From an uncultured Gammaproteobacteria bacterium (GTDB lineage: Bacteria; Patescibacteriota; Patescibacteriia; UBA1558; S5-K13): a DNA stretch of 64,000 bases. Every line of letters begins with the position of its first letter. Position 1 is the first letter of the stretch. Positions 18,194 to 27,335 of this stretch are shown here, piece by piece. The position numbers and the translations under genes are program-made. The notes beneath the pieces are model-generated. The model was not told the DNA's origin. It saw only the letters and a program-made list of their open reading frames with translations, and searched no databases. The stretch is from NCBI GenBank assembly GCA_964424195.1, contig CAYRHT010000002.1, forward strand, positions 8,458 through 72,457, written 5' to 3'.

Positions 18194-18414
18194 TATAAGA
18201 ATATGAAAAAAAACTGTTATCAATGTGATAATTATGATTGGACTAAGCAAAAGATTAAAAATAGGACTACTATTGTTAGAAGTCATCGTTCTCAGAAGGC
18301 TAGTTTATTAGATCATATTAGGTCTTTGCTTTTCTAACTATTTATTTGCTTTATTGTTAATTTTGGTGTTAAATAAAGTAATTAATAGTAAATTTGTAAT
18401 ATAATATAATTTTT

Positions 18415-21285
18415 ATGAACGATGATAAACAAAATAAATCTTCAGACTTGTTTAAAAAAGAACAAGAGATTTTAAAATTTTGGGAAGATAATAAGATTTT
18501 TGAGAAATCTTTAGAAAAAGATAGTCCTCAAGGCGAGTATTCTTTTTATGATGGACCTCCCTTTGCTACTGGATTACCTCATTACGGACATATTGTAGCT
18601 TCTTTACTAAAAGATATTTTCCCACGATATAAAACTATGCAAGGTTATTCTGTGAAGAGAAAATGGGGCTGGGATTGTCATGGTTTACCAATAGAAAGTT
18701 TAGTTGAAAAAGATTTACAAATTAAATCTAAAGATGAAATTGAAGATAAAATTGGTGTTGATAAATTTAATGAATCTTGTCGATCTTGTGTGATGAAATA
18801 TGCTGATGAATGGAAGAAATTTATTCCAATGATTGGTCGATGGGTTGACATGGAAGATGATTACAAAACCATGGATCCTGAGTATATGGAATCTATTTGG
18901 TGGGTTTTTAAATCATTATGGGAAAAAGGTTTGATTTATGAAGGATATAAATCAATGCATATTTGTCCTCATTGTGAAACAACTCTTTCTAATTTTGAAG
19001 TAACTCAAGGGTATAAAGATATTAAAGACTTGTCAGTTATAGCTAAGTTTGAATTAGTCGATGAACCCGGAACTTTTATTTTAGCTTGGACAACTACTCC
19101 TTGGACTTTGCCAGGAAATGTAGCCTTAGCTGTTGGTAAAAAAATGGATTATGTAAAAGTAGAAGTAGATGGTTTAAAATATATTTTAGCTAAAGAATTA
19201 GTGGAACAAGTCTTTACTGAGAAAGAATATACTATAGTAGAGGAACTTAAGGGTAAAGATTTAGTCGGTAAAGCCTATCAGCCATTATTTGATTATTTTA
19301 AAGATGCTGAAAATAAAGAAAATGGTTGGAAAATATATGATGCTGATTTTGTAACTATTGAAGATGGTACTGGAATTGTGCATATTGCTCCAGCTTTTGG
19401 TGAAGATGATATGAATTTAGGTAAAGATAATAATTTACCATTTGTTCAGCATGTTCATGGTAATGGTAAGTTTATAGAAGATATGGGTGATTTTGCTGGA
19501 TTAGAAGTAAAGCCTAAAGAAGATACTCAGAAAACTGATGTAGAAATTATTAAATATTTAGCTACTAAAGACTTGTTATTTTCTAAATTAAAATATGAAC
19601 ATTCATATCCTCATTGTTGGCGTTGTGATGCTCCATTATTAAACTACGCTACTAAGTCTTGGTTTGTAAAAGTTACTGAAATTAAAGATAAAATTATTGC
19701 TAATAATAATAAAGTAAATTGGGTGCCAGCTAATTTTAAAGAAGGTCGAATGGGTAAGTGGCTAGAAGGAGCTCGGGATTGGTCTATTTCCCGACAAAGA
19801 TATTGGGGTTCAGTAATGCCTATTTGGAAATGTTCTTGTGGTGAAATGAAGGTAATTGGTTCTATTGAGGAATTAGAAAAACTCTCTGGAAAAAAAGTGG
19901 AGGATTTACATAAACATGTCGTGGATAAAATAACTATTAAATGTGAAAAGTGTGATCAGGAAATGAATAGAATTCCAGATGTATTAGATTGTTGGTTTGA
20001 ATCTGGTTCTATGCCCTATGCTTCAGTTCATTATCCTTTTGAAAACAAAGAGTGGTTTGAGAATAATTTTCCAGCTGAATTTATTGCCGAAGGACAAGAT
20101 CAAACCAGAGGATGGTTCTATACTTTATTAGTACTATCTACTGCTTTATTCGATCAGCCAGCATTTTCTAATGTAGTAGTGAATGGTATGGCTTTAGCTG
20201 AAGACGGTAAGAAAATGTCTAAGAGATTAAAAAATTATCCAGATCCTTCAGAAATGATTTATAAATACTCAGCTGATGCTTTACGATATTATTTGCTTTC
20301 TTCTCCAATTGTGAAAGCTGGTGATTTATGTTTTTCTGAAAAAGATTTATCAAGTATCTATTATCGATATATTTCTACTCTAATGAATGTGCTTTCTTTC
20401 TATAATATGTATGCTCAGGAAGATGATGCTAATTTTTTAGAGCCAGAGCATGTATTGGATAAGTGGATTTTAGCTAAGCTAAAAGAATTAAAAAAGAATA
20501 TTACTGATAACTTAGAGAAATATGAAGTAAAGAAATCTATGGATCCAATTGGAGAATTTATTCTAGAGTTATCTACTTGGTATTTAAGACGTTCTCGAGA
20601 TAGATTTAAAGAAGACGATGTTTTGGGAAGAAAAACTTTACATTATGTTATTTTAGAATTTAGTAAATTAATTTCTCCTTTTATGCCTTTCCTAGCAGAG
20701 GACCTATACAAACAGATGAAGGGCGAGAAAGAATCAGTTCATTTAGATTCGTGGCCAGAATTAGAGAAATTAAGTAAAGAAGAAGTTGCACTATTAGAAG
20801 ATATGGAAACTGCTCGAAAAGTAGTAGAGAAATCTCATAATTTAAGAGATCAGGCTGGAATGAAAGTTAGACAACCACTAGCTTCTATAAAATATCATTT
20901 TGATAAAAAAGCATTGAAATCAAAATTTGAACAAATCATTGCTGAAGAGGTTAATGTAAAAGTTGTAGAATTTTCTAAAGATGTAGCCGAAAATGAAGTG
21001 GATTTAGATACTAAGCTTACTCCAGAATTAAAAGATGAAGCTAATGTGCGAGAATTAGTGAGACAAATTAACTCTCTTCGAAAGAAAGCTAATTTAACTA
21101 TTAAAGACACGGTGAAAGTTTACTTCCAGAGTGATGATTTAGCTAAATTAATCTTAGAGAACAAAGAATTTCTACAAAAAAATACTTTAGCAGAAGATGT
21201 TATTAATGATAAAGTTAATGAAAGTTTGATAACTAAAGAGGTAGAAATTAACGAGTTTAAAGTAGAAATTAGTTTAGTTTCTTAA
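18415..21285 (+). CDS. ileS: Isoleucyl-tRNA synthetase, type 2 (archaeal/eukaryote-like).
   Basis: Motifs 'PPFATGLPHYGHI' (HIGH-type), 'GWDCHGLPIE' and KMSKS ('KMSKRLKNYPDP'). Confidence 0.9.
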   Translation: MNDDKQNKSSDLFKKEQEILKFWEDNKIFEKSLEKDSPQGEYSFYDGPPFATGLPHYGHIVASLLKDIFPRYKTMQGYSVKRKWGWDCHGLPIESLVEKDLQIKSKDEIEDKIGVDKFNESCRSCVMKYADEWKKFIPMIGRWVDMEDDYKTMDPEYMESIWWVFKSLWEKGLIYEGYKSMHICPHCETTLSNFEVTQGYKDIKDLSVIAKFELVDEPGTFILAWTTTPWTLPGNVALAVGKKMDYVKVEVDGLKYILAKELVEQVFTEKEYTIVEELKGKDLVGKAYQPLFDYFKDAENKENGWKIYDADFVTIEDGTGIVHIAPAFGEDDMNLGKDNNLPFVQHVHGNGKFIEDMGDFAGLEVKPKEDTQKTDVEIIKYLATKDLLFSKLKYEHSYPHCWRCDAPLLNYATKSWFVKVTEIKDKIIANNNKVNWVPANFKEGRMGKWLEGARDWSISRQRYWGSVMPIWKCSCGEMKVIGSIEELEKLSGKKVEDLHKHVVDKITIKCEKCDQEMNRIPDVLDCWFESGSMPYASVHYPFENKEWFENNFPAEFIAEGQDQTRGWFYTLLVLSTALFDQPAFSNVVVNGMALAEDGKKMSKRLKNYPDPSEMIYKYSADALRYYLLSSPIVKAGDLCFSEKDLSSIYYRYISTLMNVLSFYNMYAQEDDANFLEPEHVLDKWILAKLKELKKNITDNLEKYEVKKSMDPIGEFILELSTWYLRRSRDRFKEDDVLGRKTLHYVILEFSKLISPFMPFLAEDLYKQMKGEKESVHLDSWPELEKLSKEEVALLEDMETARKVVEKSHNLRDQAGMKVRQPLASIKYHFDKKALKSKFEQIIAEEVNVKVVEFSKDVAENEVDLDTKLTPELKDEANVRELVRQINSLRKKANLTIKDTVKVYFQSDDLAKLILENKEFLQKNTLAEDVINDKVNESLITKEVEINEFKVEISLVS

Positions 21286-21286
21286 T

Positions 21287-21928
21287 ATGGAATATATAGT
21301 TCACGGTATAATTCTTCGGGCTCAGGATTTTAAAGATGCAGACAGATTGTATTCTATTTTAACTTTAGAAAATGGCTTGATTAAAGCTAGCGCTAAGTCT
21401 GTAAAAAAAACAGAAAGTAAATTGTCAGGATTTCTTTTACCCTCTAATCAAGTAGTTTTAATGTTGGCTGGTGGAAAGTCAGGAATAAGTAGAATAGCTC
21501 AAGTAAAAGTGGAAGAAACATATTCTCAGATTGTAAAAGATCATGAGATTTTTTTATTATTTAGTCAGTCAGTAGAAGTTTTATTAAGTTCTTTTAAAGA
21601 AAATTCAGCAGAGCAAGATATTTATAGAATAACTTTATTATTTCTAAATGATTTGAATAGTGAAGATTTGAGTATAGAAAAGAAGAAAGTTCTACAACTA
21701 TCATATTTCTCTCAGCTTCTAAAAATGCTTGGTTTTCAAGCAATAAAATTTAACATTAAATCAAAAATACTGTCTAATTTCTTAGAATTAATGTTCAAAA
21801 ATGACTATTCAAAAAATAGGGATTTAATGCTAAAATTAAAGGTAAGAGAGAATGATTTCTCTGTTTTAAGAGAATGGTTTGTCGATTATTTGCAGAATAT
21901 TTTAGAAAGAAAATTAAATAGTTTTTAA
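21287..21928 (+). CDS. recO: DNA repair protein RecO.
   Basis: The N-terminal OB-fold pattern 'GIILRAQDFKDADRLYSILTLENGLI' is typical of RecO. Length is 213 aa. It lies directly after ileS. Confidence 0.6.
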   Translation: MEYIVHGIILRAQDFKDADRLYSILTLENGLIKASAKSVKKTESKLSGFLLPSNQVVLMLAGGKSGISRIAQVKVEETYSQIVKDHEIFLLFSQSVEVLLSSFKENSAEQDIYRITLLFLNDLNSEDLSIEKKKVLQLSYFSQLLKMLGFQAIKFNIKSKILSNFLELMFKNDYSKNRDLMLKLKVRENDFSVLREWFVDYLQNILERKLNSF

Positions 21929-21938
21929 TAATATAAAA

Positions 21939-24017
21939 ATGAAGAATAAGAAGAATATTTTAGATTTATCTAAGAGAAAAAAGAAATCTTTTTTTAGTTT
22001 AAAGTCAAAATCAGGAGTTGGTCCTAGACCTAATTTAAGTTTTGGAGTTAATGTTAAGAAAGTTAAGGGTGGTAAAAAAGTAAACAGTAGTATTAGACCA
22101 AGATTGTTAAATAAAAAGAAGATTAAAGGTATTAGAAAGAGAGGTTATGATACAGTAGATTCTTCTCATGAAATTGATGATATCTGGAAGAAGAATAAAA
22201 ATGTAGATAAATCAACTTTTGATCAAAGGCCAGCTGTTAAAAGTAAAACTATCCCAATTATTATTTTATTATTATCTCTCCTAGCTGTAACTAGTATAGC
22301 GGGTTGGTATTTTTTTGGTACTAGAGAGTTGAACGGAGAAGGAGTTGTCTTAGAAATTAAGGGAACAGAGAAGATAGTTTCTGGAGAGCAAGTTGAATTA
22401 GTAATTAAATACAAGAATAAAGAGAATGTTAAGGTAAAAAAGTTAGAATTAAGAATTAACTATCCCGAAGGTTTCCATTATATTTCTGCAGAACCTTATG
22501 CTAATACTTTATCATCTAATGTTTGGCAATTGGAAGATTTAAAAGCAGGAGAAACAGGAGAAGTTAAATTGATAGCTCAAGTTATTGGAGAGCTTGATCA
22601 AGAAATTGTTTTAGAACCAATTTTATTATATGAACCTTCTAACTTTAGCTCATCATTTGAATCAAAAACAACTAAAGTTTTTAAAGTTGAAGAATTGTTA
22701 ATGGATTTTAGAGTAGAAGCTCCAGAAGAAATAGGGAATAACAATAGAGTTACTTATAATATATTTTATAAAAATACATCTAATTTACCTTTAGATAACT
22801 TTAGATTAAGAATGGATTATCCGAGTAATTTTACTATTATTGAAACTGGAGGAGATGCTAAATTATTAACAGAAGATATTTGGCAGATTGATGAGATTAT
22901 GAAAGATGAAGAAAATGAAATTATAGTAACCGGGTTTTTTGATCTAGATCAGATTAGTTCTTCAACTATCAAAGCTATTTTAGAAATTAAATCAACTTTA
23001 GCAGAGATTCCTTTGATTGGGGAATCAAATCCTAATTGGTATCCATATTTAACAATTGAGAAAGATATTACTTTGTCTGAATTAGCTGCTAATTTAAAGA
23101 TGTCTGTGAATGGAGATAATAAAGATTCAGCTATTGATTGGGGTCAAGAATTAGAATATGTAATTAATTATAAGAATATTAGTGATTCAGACTTAGAAAA
23201 TGTTTCTATTGTTGCTATGTTAAATTCTGAGTATTTAGATTGGGATTCTTTAGATGATAATTTTAATGGTTTAGTTGATGAAGGAACAGGAATTATTACT
23301 TGGGATAAAAGAATTATTCCTTCTTTAGCAAAATTAGATATGGGACAAGAAGGTCGAATTAGTTTTAAGATTAAAGTAGTTGATTTTCAAGAAGAATTTT
23401 TAGAAGAAGAAAATCATACTATTAGTTCTAAAGCTCTTTTAGATTCTGATACTTTTGAAGCAATAGAAAGTGATGATGCTAGCGAAGAAACTAAAATAGT
23501 AGATTCTAATATTATTGTTAATAAGGTTAATAGTGTTGTTAATTTAACAACTAGAGCTAGATATTATGATGAAAGTGGTCAGGCTGTTGGTTCAGGACCA
23601 TTACCACCTTTTGTAGGGGAAACTACTAGTTATCAAATAGTTTGGGATCTAAAATCTTTAACTAGTGATTTGAAAGATGTGATAGTAAAGACAACTTTAC
23701 CTCCCGGAGTTGAGTGGGGACAAGGTATAGCTATTGAAGGACAAGATTTAATTTTTAATGATACAACTCGACAAGCAGTATGGAGAATAAGTGATTTAAC
23801 AAAGAATATTAATAATATAGCTAAGTTTAGTGTTCTAGTAACTCCAGATGAAAGCCAGATTGGTAAAATAATGACTTTAAATAATACTATAACATTAACA
23901 GCAGAAGATATTTATTCTAATGGAAGAATAAATTTAAGTAATAGTTATCTAACCACTGAATTAGAAGGTGATACTAAGGCAGCTGGTAATGAAAAAGTAG
24001 TTGATCTAGATTTATGA
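21939..24017 (+). CDS. Hypothetical membrane-anchored surface protein with a basic cytoplasmic tail and a long extracellular beta-rich region.
   Basis: A Lys/Arg-rich N-tail is followed by one transmembrane helix ('IPIIILLLSLLAVTSIAGWYFF') and then about 560 aa with repeated Ig-like/DUF11-like patterns. Confidence 0.45.
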   Translation: MKNKKNILDLSKRKKKSFFSLKSKSGVGPRPNLSFGVNVKKVKGGKKVNSSIRPRLLNKKKIKGIRKRGYDTVDSSHEIDDIWKKNKNVDKSTFDQRPAVKSKTIPIIILLLSLLAVTSIAGWYFFGTRELNGEGVVLEIKGTEKIVSGEQVELVIKYKNKENVKVKKLELRINYPEGFHYISAEPYANTLSSNVWQLEDLKAGETGEVKLIAQVIGELDQEIVLEPILLYEPSNFSSSFESKTTKVFKVEELLMDFRVEAPEEIGNNNRVTYNIFYKNTSNLPLDNFRLRMDYPSNFTIIETGGDAKLLTEDIWQIDEIMKDEENEIIVTGFFDLDQISSSTIKAILEIKSTLAEIPLIGESNPNWYPYLTIEKDITLSELAANLKMSVNGDNKDSAIDWGQELEYVINYKNISDSDLENVSIVAMLNSEYLDWDSLDDNFNGLVDEGTGIITWDKRIIPSLAKLDMGQEGRISFKIKVVDFQEEFLEEENHTISSKALLDSDTFEAIESDDASEETKIVDSNIIVNKVNSVVNLTTRARYYDESGQAVGSGPLPPFVGETTSYQIVWDLKSLTSDLKDVIVKTTLPPGVEWGQGIAIEGQDLIFNDTTRQAVWRISDLTKNINNIAKFSVLVTPDESQIGKIMTLNNTITLTAEDIYSNGRINLSNSYLTTELEGDTKAAGNEKVVDLDL

Positions 24018-25117
24018 TATTTAAAGTATTAAAGAAGTCCAAAAAATCACAAGCTCGTTTAGGTGTTTTAAATACCAAATCAGGTAAACTTAAAACGCCT
24101 TTTTTTATGCCGATTGCTACTAGAGGAGTGGTAAAGTCTTTGTCTTACCAAGATGTAGAAAGTTTAAATCCTCAAATTATCTTAGGAAATACTTACCATC
24201 TCTATCTTAAACCAGGATTGAAGATTATCAAGAAAGGCGGAGGAATATCTAAATTGATGAATAATAAGTTTCCTATTTTAACTGATTCTGGTGGTTTTCA
24301 AGTATTTTCTTTATCAAAGATTAGAAAATTATTAGATAATGGTGTTAAATTTCAATCTACTTATGATGGTTCTTGGCATTTATTTACTCCAGAGAAAGTA
24401 ATGAAAATTCAATCAGTTTTAGATTCAGATATTCAAATGGTTTTAGATGTTTGTTCAGATTCCAAATCAAGTGAGAAAAAAATACTAGAAGCTTTAAGGC
24501 TTACTACTAAATGGGCCCAGAAATGTAAGCAAGCTAAAAAGAAATTAGATCCTCAGAATAAGAATCTTTTATTCGGTATTATTCAGGGAGGACTGAATAA
24601 AGAATTAAGAATCAAGAGTTTGGAAGATTTAGAGAAGATAGGTTTTGATGGTTATGCTATTGGTGGATTAGCTGTTGGAGAAAGCAAAGAAGAAATGTAT
24701 CAAGTATTAGATTATCTTAGCCCATTTATGCCAGGAGATAAACCAAGATATTTAATGGGAGTTGGTTATCCAGAGAATATTATCGAAGCTGTAAAAAGAG
24801 GAGTAGACATGTTTGATTGTGTTATTCCTACTAGAGAAGCTCGACATGGACGACTTTACTTTAGAAAAGGAACTTCTTTAAAAGGTAATTTTTATGAGAC
24901 TATAAATATTATGAATTCTAAGTTTGCTCAGGATATGAAGTTGATAAATAAGAATTCTAAATTAGAAGTATTAAGAAAATACAATAAAGCCTATTTACAT
25001 CATTTATTTAAAATGCAAGATCCTTTAGCTTTGAAATTAGCTACTTTGAATAATATTGAATTCTATTTAAATTTAATGAATGATATTCGTAAGGGAATAG
25101 CTAACAATAGTTTTTAA
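24014..25117 (+). CDS. tgt: Queuine tRNA-ribosyltransferase.
   Basis: Motifs 'TPFFMPIATRGVVKS', 'ILGNTYHLYLKPG', 'FDGYAIGGLAVGE' and the zinc-site region. It overlaps the previous gene by 4 nt. Confidence 0.85.
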   Translation: MIFKVLKKSKKSQARLGVLNTKSGKLKTPFFMPIATRGVVKSLSYQDVESLNPQIILGNTYHLYLKPGLKIIKKGGGISKLMNNKFPILTDSGGFQVFSLSKIRKLLDNGVKFQSTYDGSWHLFTPEKVMKIQSVLDSDIQMVLDVCSDSKSSEKKILEALRLTTKWAQKCKQAKKKLDPQNKNLLFGIIQGGLNKELRIKSLEDLEKIGFDGYAIGGLAVGESKEEMYQVLDYLSPFMPGDKPRYLMGVGYPENIIEAVKRGVDMFDCVIPTREARHGRLYFRKGTSLKGNFYETINIMNSKFAQDMKLINKNSKLEVLRKYNKAYLHHLFKMQDPLALKLATLNNIEFYLNLMNDIRKGIANNSF

Positions 25118-25130
25118 GCTGATAAAACTA

Positions 25131-25159
25131 TTGACATGAAGAGAATATTGTTCTAGAAT
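25131..25159 (+). promoter_or_regulatory. Sigma70-like promoter for rplY: TTGACA, a 17-nt spacer, then TAGAAT.
   Basis: TTGACA at 25131-25136, a 17-nt spacer, TAGAAT at 25154-25159. This lies about 65 nt upstream of the rplY start. Confidence 0.55.
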
Positions 25160-25162
25160 AGT

Positions 25163-25189
25163 ATTAATCCTGTTTAAGACAGGATTAAT
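25163..25189 (+). promoter_or_regulatory. Perfect 11-bp stem-loop in the rplY 5' leader.
   Basis: 'attaatcctgt-ttaag-acaggattaat'. It sits downstream of the predicted promoter and is not followed by a T-tract. Confidence 0.45.
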
Positions 25190-25223
25190 TTAGTAAATTA
25201 TTCATTAATTCTATTATAATTAT

Positions 25224-25916
25224 ATGACAGAACTAACTTTAAAATCTGAGCCTAGATCAGAAATGAAGGGTGGAAATCCAAAGAGAATGCTTAAAGATGG
25301 TATTCTTCCAGCCGTTATTTATGGTCCAGATTCAAAAAATATCAATATCAAACTTAACTATCAAGAGTTCTTGAAAGTTTTTAAAATTGCCGGAGAATCA
25401 AAGGTAGTTAACTTAAGTGTTGGTGATAAAACAATCCAAGTTTTAACTCACAAAATACAGAAACATCCTGTTACTGACAACATCACTCATGTAGATTTTT
25501 ATCAGTTTAACAAGAACAAGAAATTTAGTGTTGAAGTTCCTATTAACTTTGTAGGTGAATCAAGAGCAGTTAAAGAAGAAAGTGGTATCTTAGTTACAAA
25601 TATTGATACTGTATTAGTAGAATGTCTTTATACTGATCTTATTTCAGAGATTAAAGTTGATTTATCAGCTTTAGAGAATTTAAATGATTCAATTTATGTT
25701 TCTGATTTAAAAGTCAGTGAAGGTGTAAACTTCTTAACAGGAGATGATCAAGTGATTATTAGTGTTAAGCCTATGAGAGTTCAGGAAGAAATAGTTGAAG
25801 AAACTCCAGAAGCAGAAGAAGGTGCTGAAGGAGAAGTTAAAGAAGAAGGTGCTGAAGGAGAAGTTAAAGAAGAAGGTGCTGAAGATAAACCTACTGAAGG
25901 AGAAAAGAAAGAATAA
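25224..25916 (+). CDS. rplY: 50S ribosomal protein L25 / general stress protein Ctc, with an acidic repetitive C-terminal tail.
   Basis: The N-terminal 'KGGNPKRMLKDGILPAVIYG' region. The C-terminus contains the tandem repeat 'EEGAEGEVK' (a 27-nt DNA repeat, 2.5 copies). Confidence 0.8.
   Translation: MTELTLKSEPRSEMKGGNPKRMLKDGILPAVIYGPDSKNINIKLNYQEFLKVFKIAGESKVVNLSVGDKTIQVLTHKIQKHPVTDNITHVDFYQFNKNKKFSVEVPINFVGESRAVKEESGILVTNIDTVLVECLYTDLISEIKVDLSALENLNDSIYVSDLKVSEGVNFLTGDDQVIISVKPMRVQEEIVEETPEAEEGAEGEVKEEGAEGEVKEEGAEDKPTEGEKKE
25818..25886 (+). repeat. 27-nt tandem repeat (2.5 copies) encoding the acidic 'EGAEGEVKE' tail of L25.
   Basis: 'gaaggtgctgaaggagaagttaaagaa' occurs twice exactly, followed by a partial third copy. 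Confidence 0.8.
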
Positions 25917-25935
25917 ATTATACTTTTATATATTA

Positions 25936-25965
25936 AACCCCACTTTTATAAAGTGGGGTTTTTTA
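25936..25965 (+). terminator. Rho-independent terminator after rplY.
   Basis: 'aaaccccacttttataaagtggggttttt': a GC-containing 8-bp stem followed by a T-run. Confidence 0.75.
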
Positions 25966-26010
25966 GTATAATAAATATAGAATGTTAAATTATTATTCCT
26001 TTTTAAACAA

Positions 26011-26508
26011 ATGAATCAAGAAAAAAACATAAATTCATTAATATCTATAATCTTTATTATAGTTATTATTATCTGTGGAATAATAGTTCTAGGTGTCTAT
26101 ATGAATGATCGATGGAAAAATATGAGAGATATTAGAAGGCAAGCAGATATTAAGAATACTATAAAAGCTGTTGATATATATTATTTAGACCATAGTAAGC
26201 TACCAGATAATGTTACCAATAATGAATGGGATTCTAGTTATGATTTAGCCAATAATAATCAAACTTTGTTTAAAGTATTGCGTGATAATAATCTTCTTTC
26301 TCAGATTTTTGATCCGAAGAATAATGAAGAATATCAGTATCGATATCATAAATTTAAAAGAGGGGAATATGGTTGTAGTAGGACATTTGCTATCTTTCAG
26401 GTAACTAAGTTTGAGACTGAAGTTGAAGATCATGGACAAGGAGAATGTTTAAGTAGAAATTTTGTTTTAGATGCTCCTAATGGATATACTTATATGTGGT
26501 TTGAATAG
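26011..26508 (+). CDS. Membrane-anchored protein with a pilin/pseudopilin-like globular region and no canonical prepilin signal.
   Basis: A transmembrane helix ('LISIIFIIVIIICGIIVLGVY') is followed by 'RDIRRQADIKNTIKAVDIYYLDHSKLP'. This matches the 'RDxQRxSD(I/L)xxIxxAxExYxxDxxxYP' pattern seen after the N-terminal helix of type IV pilin-like proteins, but the 'G-FTLIE' cleavage motif is absent. Confidence 0.4.
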   Translation: MNQEKNINSLISIIFIIVIIICGIIVLGVYMNDRWKNMRDIRRQADIKNTIKAVDIYYLDHSKLPDNVTNNEWDSSYDLANNNQTLFKVLRDNNLLSQIFDPKNNEEYQYRYHKFKRGEYGCSRTFAIFQVTKFETEVEDHGQGECLSRNFVLDAPNGYTYMWFE

Positions 26509-26527
26509 ATAGATATTATATATTATT

Positions 26528-26556
26528 AAAAATCTCCTTTGAAGGAGATTTTTTGT
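26528..26556 (+). terminator. Rho-independent terminator.
   Basis: 'aaaatctcctttgaaggagattttttg': a 10-bp stem followed by a T-run. Confidence 0.7.
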
Positions 26557-26658
26557 TTTAAGGCTTGACATAATTATGGTAGAGGAGTAAGTTAAAGATA
26601 GACGGCTGTCAATTAACCGACGGCTATAAAGGTAGTATCTTATTTATGAAATAAATAT

Positions 26659-27330
26659 ATGTGGATCAAGTTTTTAGTTTTAATGCTTGTCGCTGTGCTT
26701 AATATAGTTTTAGGTTTGATTATTTTAATGAAGAATAAAAATAGAGATAAATCTAAACTATATTTTTCATTAATGTATTTTAGTGCTGGATTATGGTCTG
26801 GTAGTATATCCTTATCTCTATTAATAATTAATGAAGATATTTTTTTATGGTTTGCAAAATTTTTCTTTATTTTTGCTACTATGATTTTTCTTTCTTTTTT
26901 ATTGTTTTGTATTGAATTTCCGTATAAAATGAAGAAATTGCCAGTTTTATTTAAGTACCTTATTATTTTAGCTACTATTTATATATTTTATATTAGCTTG
27001 TCTAATAGATTATTAATTGGTGTAGAAAGTTATAAATTTGGATTACGAGAAGTTGAAAATAGTTTTTATCATTTAATATATGGAATGTATTTTTTTATTT
27101 TATTGATCTATAGTTATTATTCATTATTTTATAAATATTTTAATAGTAGTGGAGTTAATAAATCAAGATTATTATGGATTATAGTAAGCACTTTGATTTC
27201 TTTTACATTGGGTATATTTTTTCGTTGGTATTTGCCTTATAAGGATGCATATGATTTTTATTGGTTAGCACCTATATTTATTATATTTATGAACTTTTCA
27301 ATAACTTATTTATTATTTAAGAAAGATTAA
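26659..27330 (+). CDS. Stand-alone 7TM sensor-type integral membrane protein (paralog A). It is homologous to the N-terminal membrane domain of the histidine kinase at 32392.
   Basis: Six to seven hydrophobic helices. The N-terminal 47 aa are nearly identical to the next gene. It shares 'LFLGLIIL-K-K-K', 'WS' and 'YW(L/I/V)GP(I/V)' with the histidine kinase N-terminus. Confidence 0.6.
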   Translation: MWIKFLVLMLVAVLNIVLGLIILMKNKNRDKSKLYFSLMYFSAGLWSGSISLSLLIINEDIFLWFAKFFFIFATMIFLSFLLFCIEFPYKMKKLPVLFKYLIILATIYIFYISLSNRLLIGVESYKFGLREVENSFYHLIYGMYFFILLIYSYYSLFYKYFNSSGVNKSRLLWIIVSTLISFTLGIFFRWYLPYKDAYDFYWLAPIFIIFMNFSITYLLFKKD

Positions 27331-27335
27331 AATAT

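Noticed and set aside
26509-26658. 150-nt intergenic region containing the direct repeat 'gacggct' x2 and a TTGACA box, considered as a tRNA, riboswitch or small RNA.
   Set aside because: No tRNA cloverleaf (no GTTC/T-loop or acceptor pairing) or recognisable riboswitch core could be built. It is most simply a promoter region for the 7TM genes, and the 7-nt direct repeat is too short to interpret.
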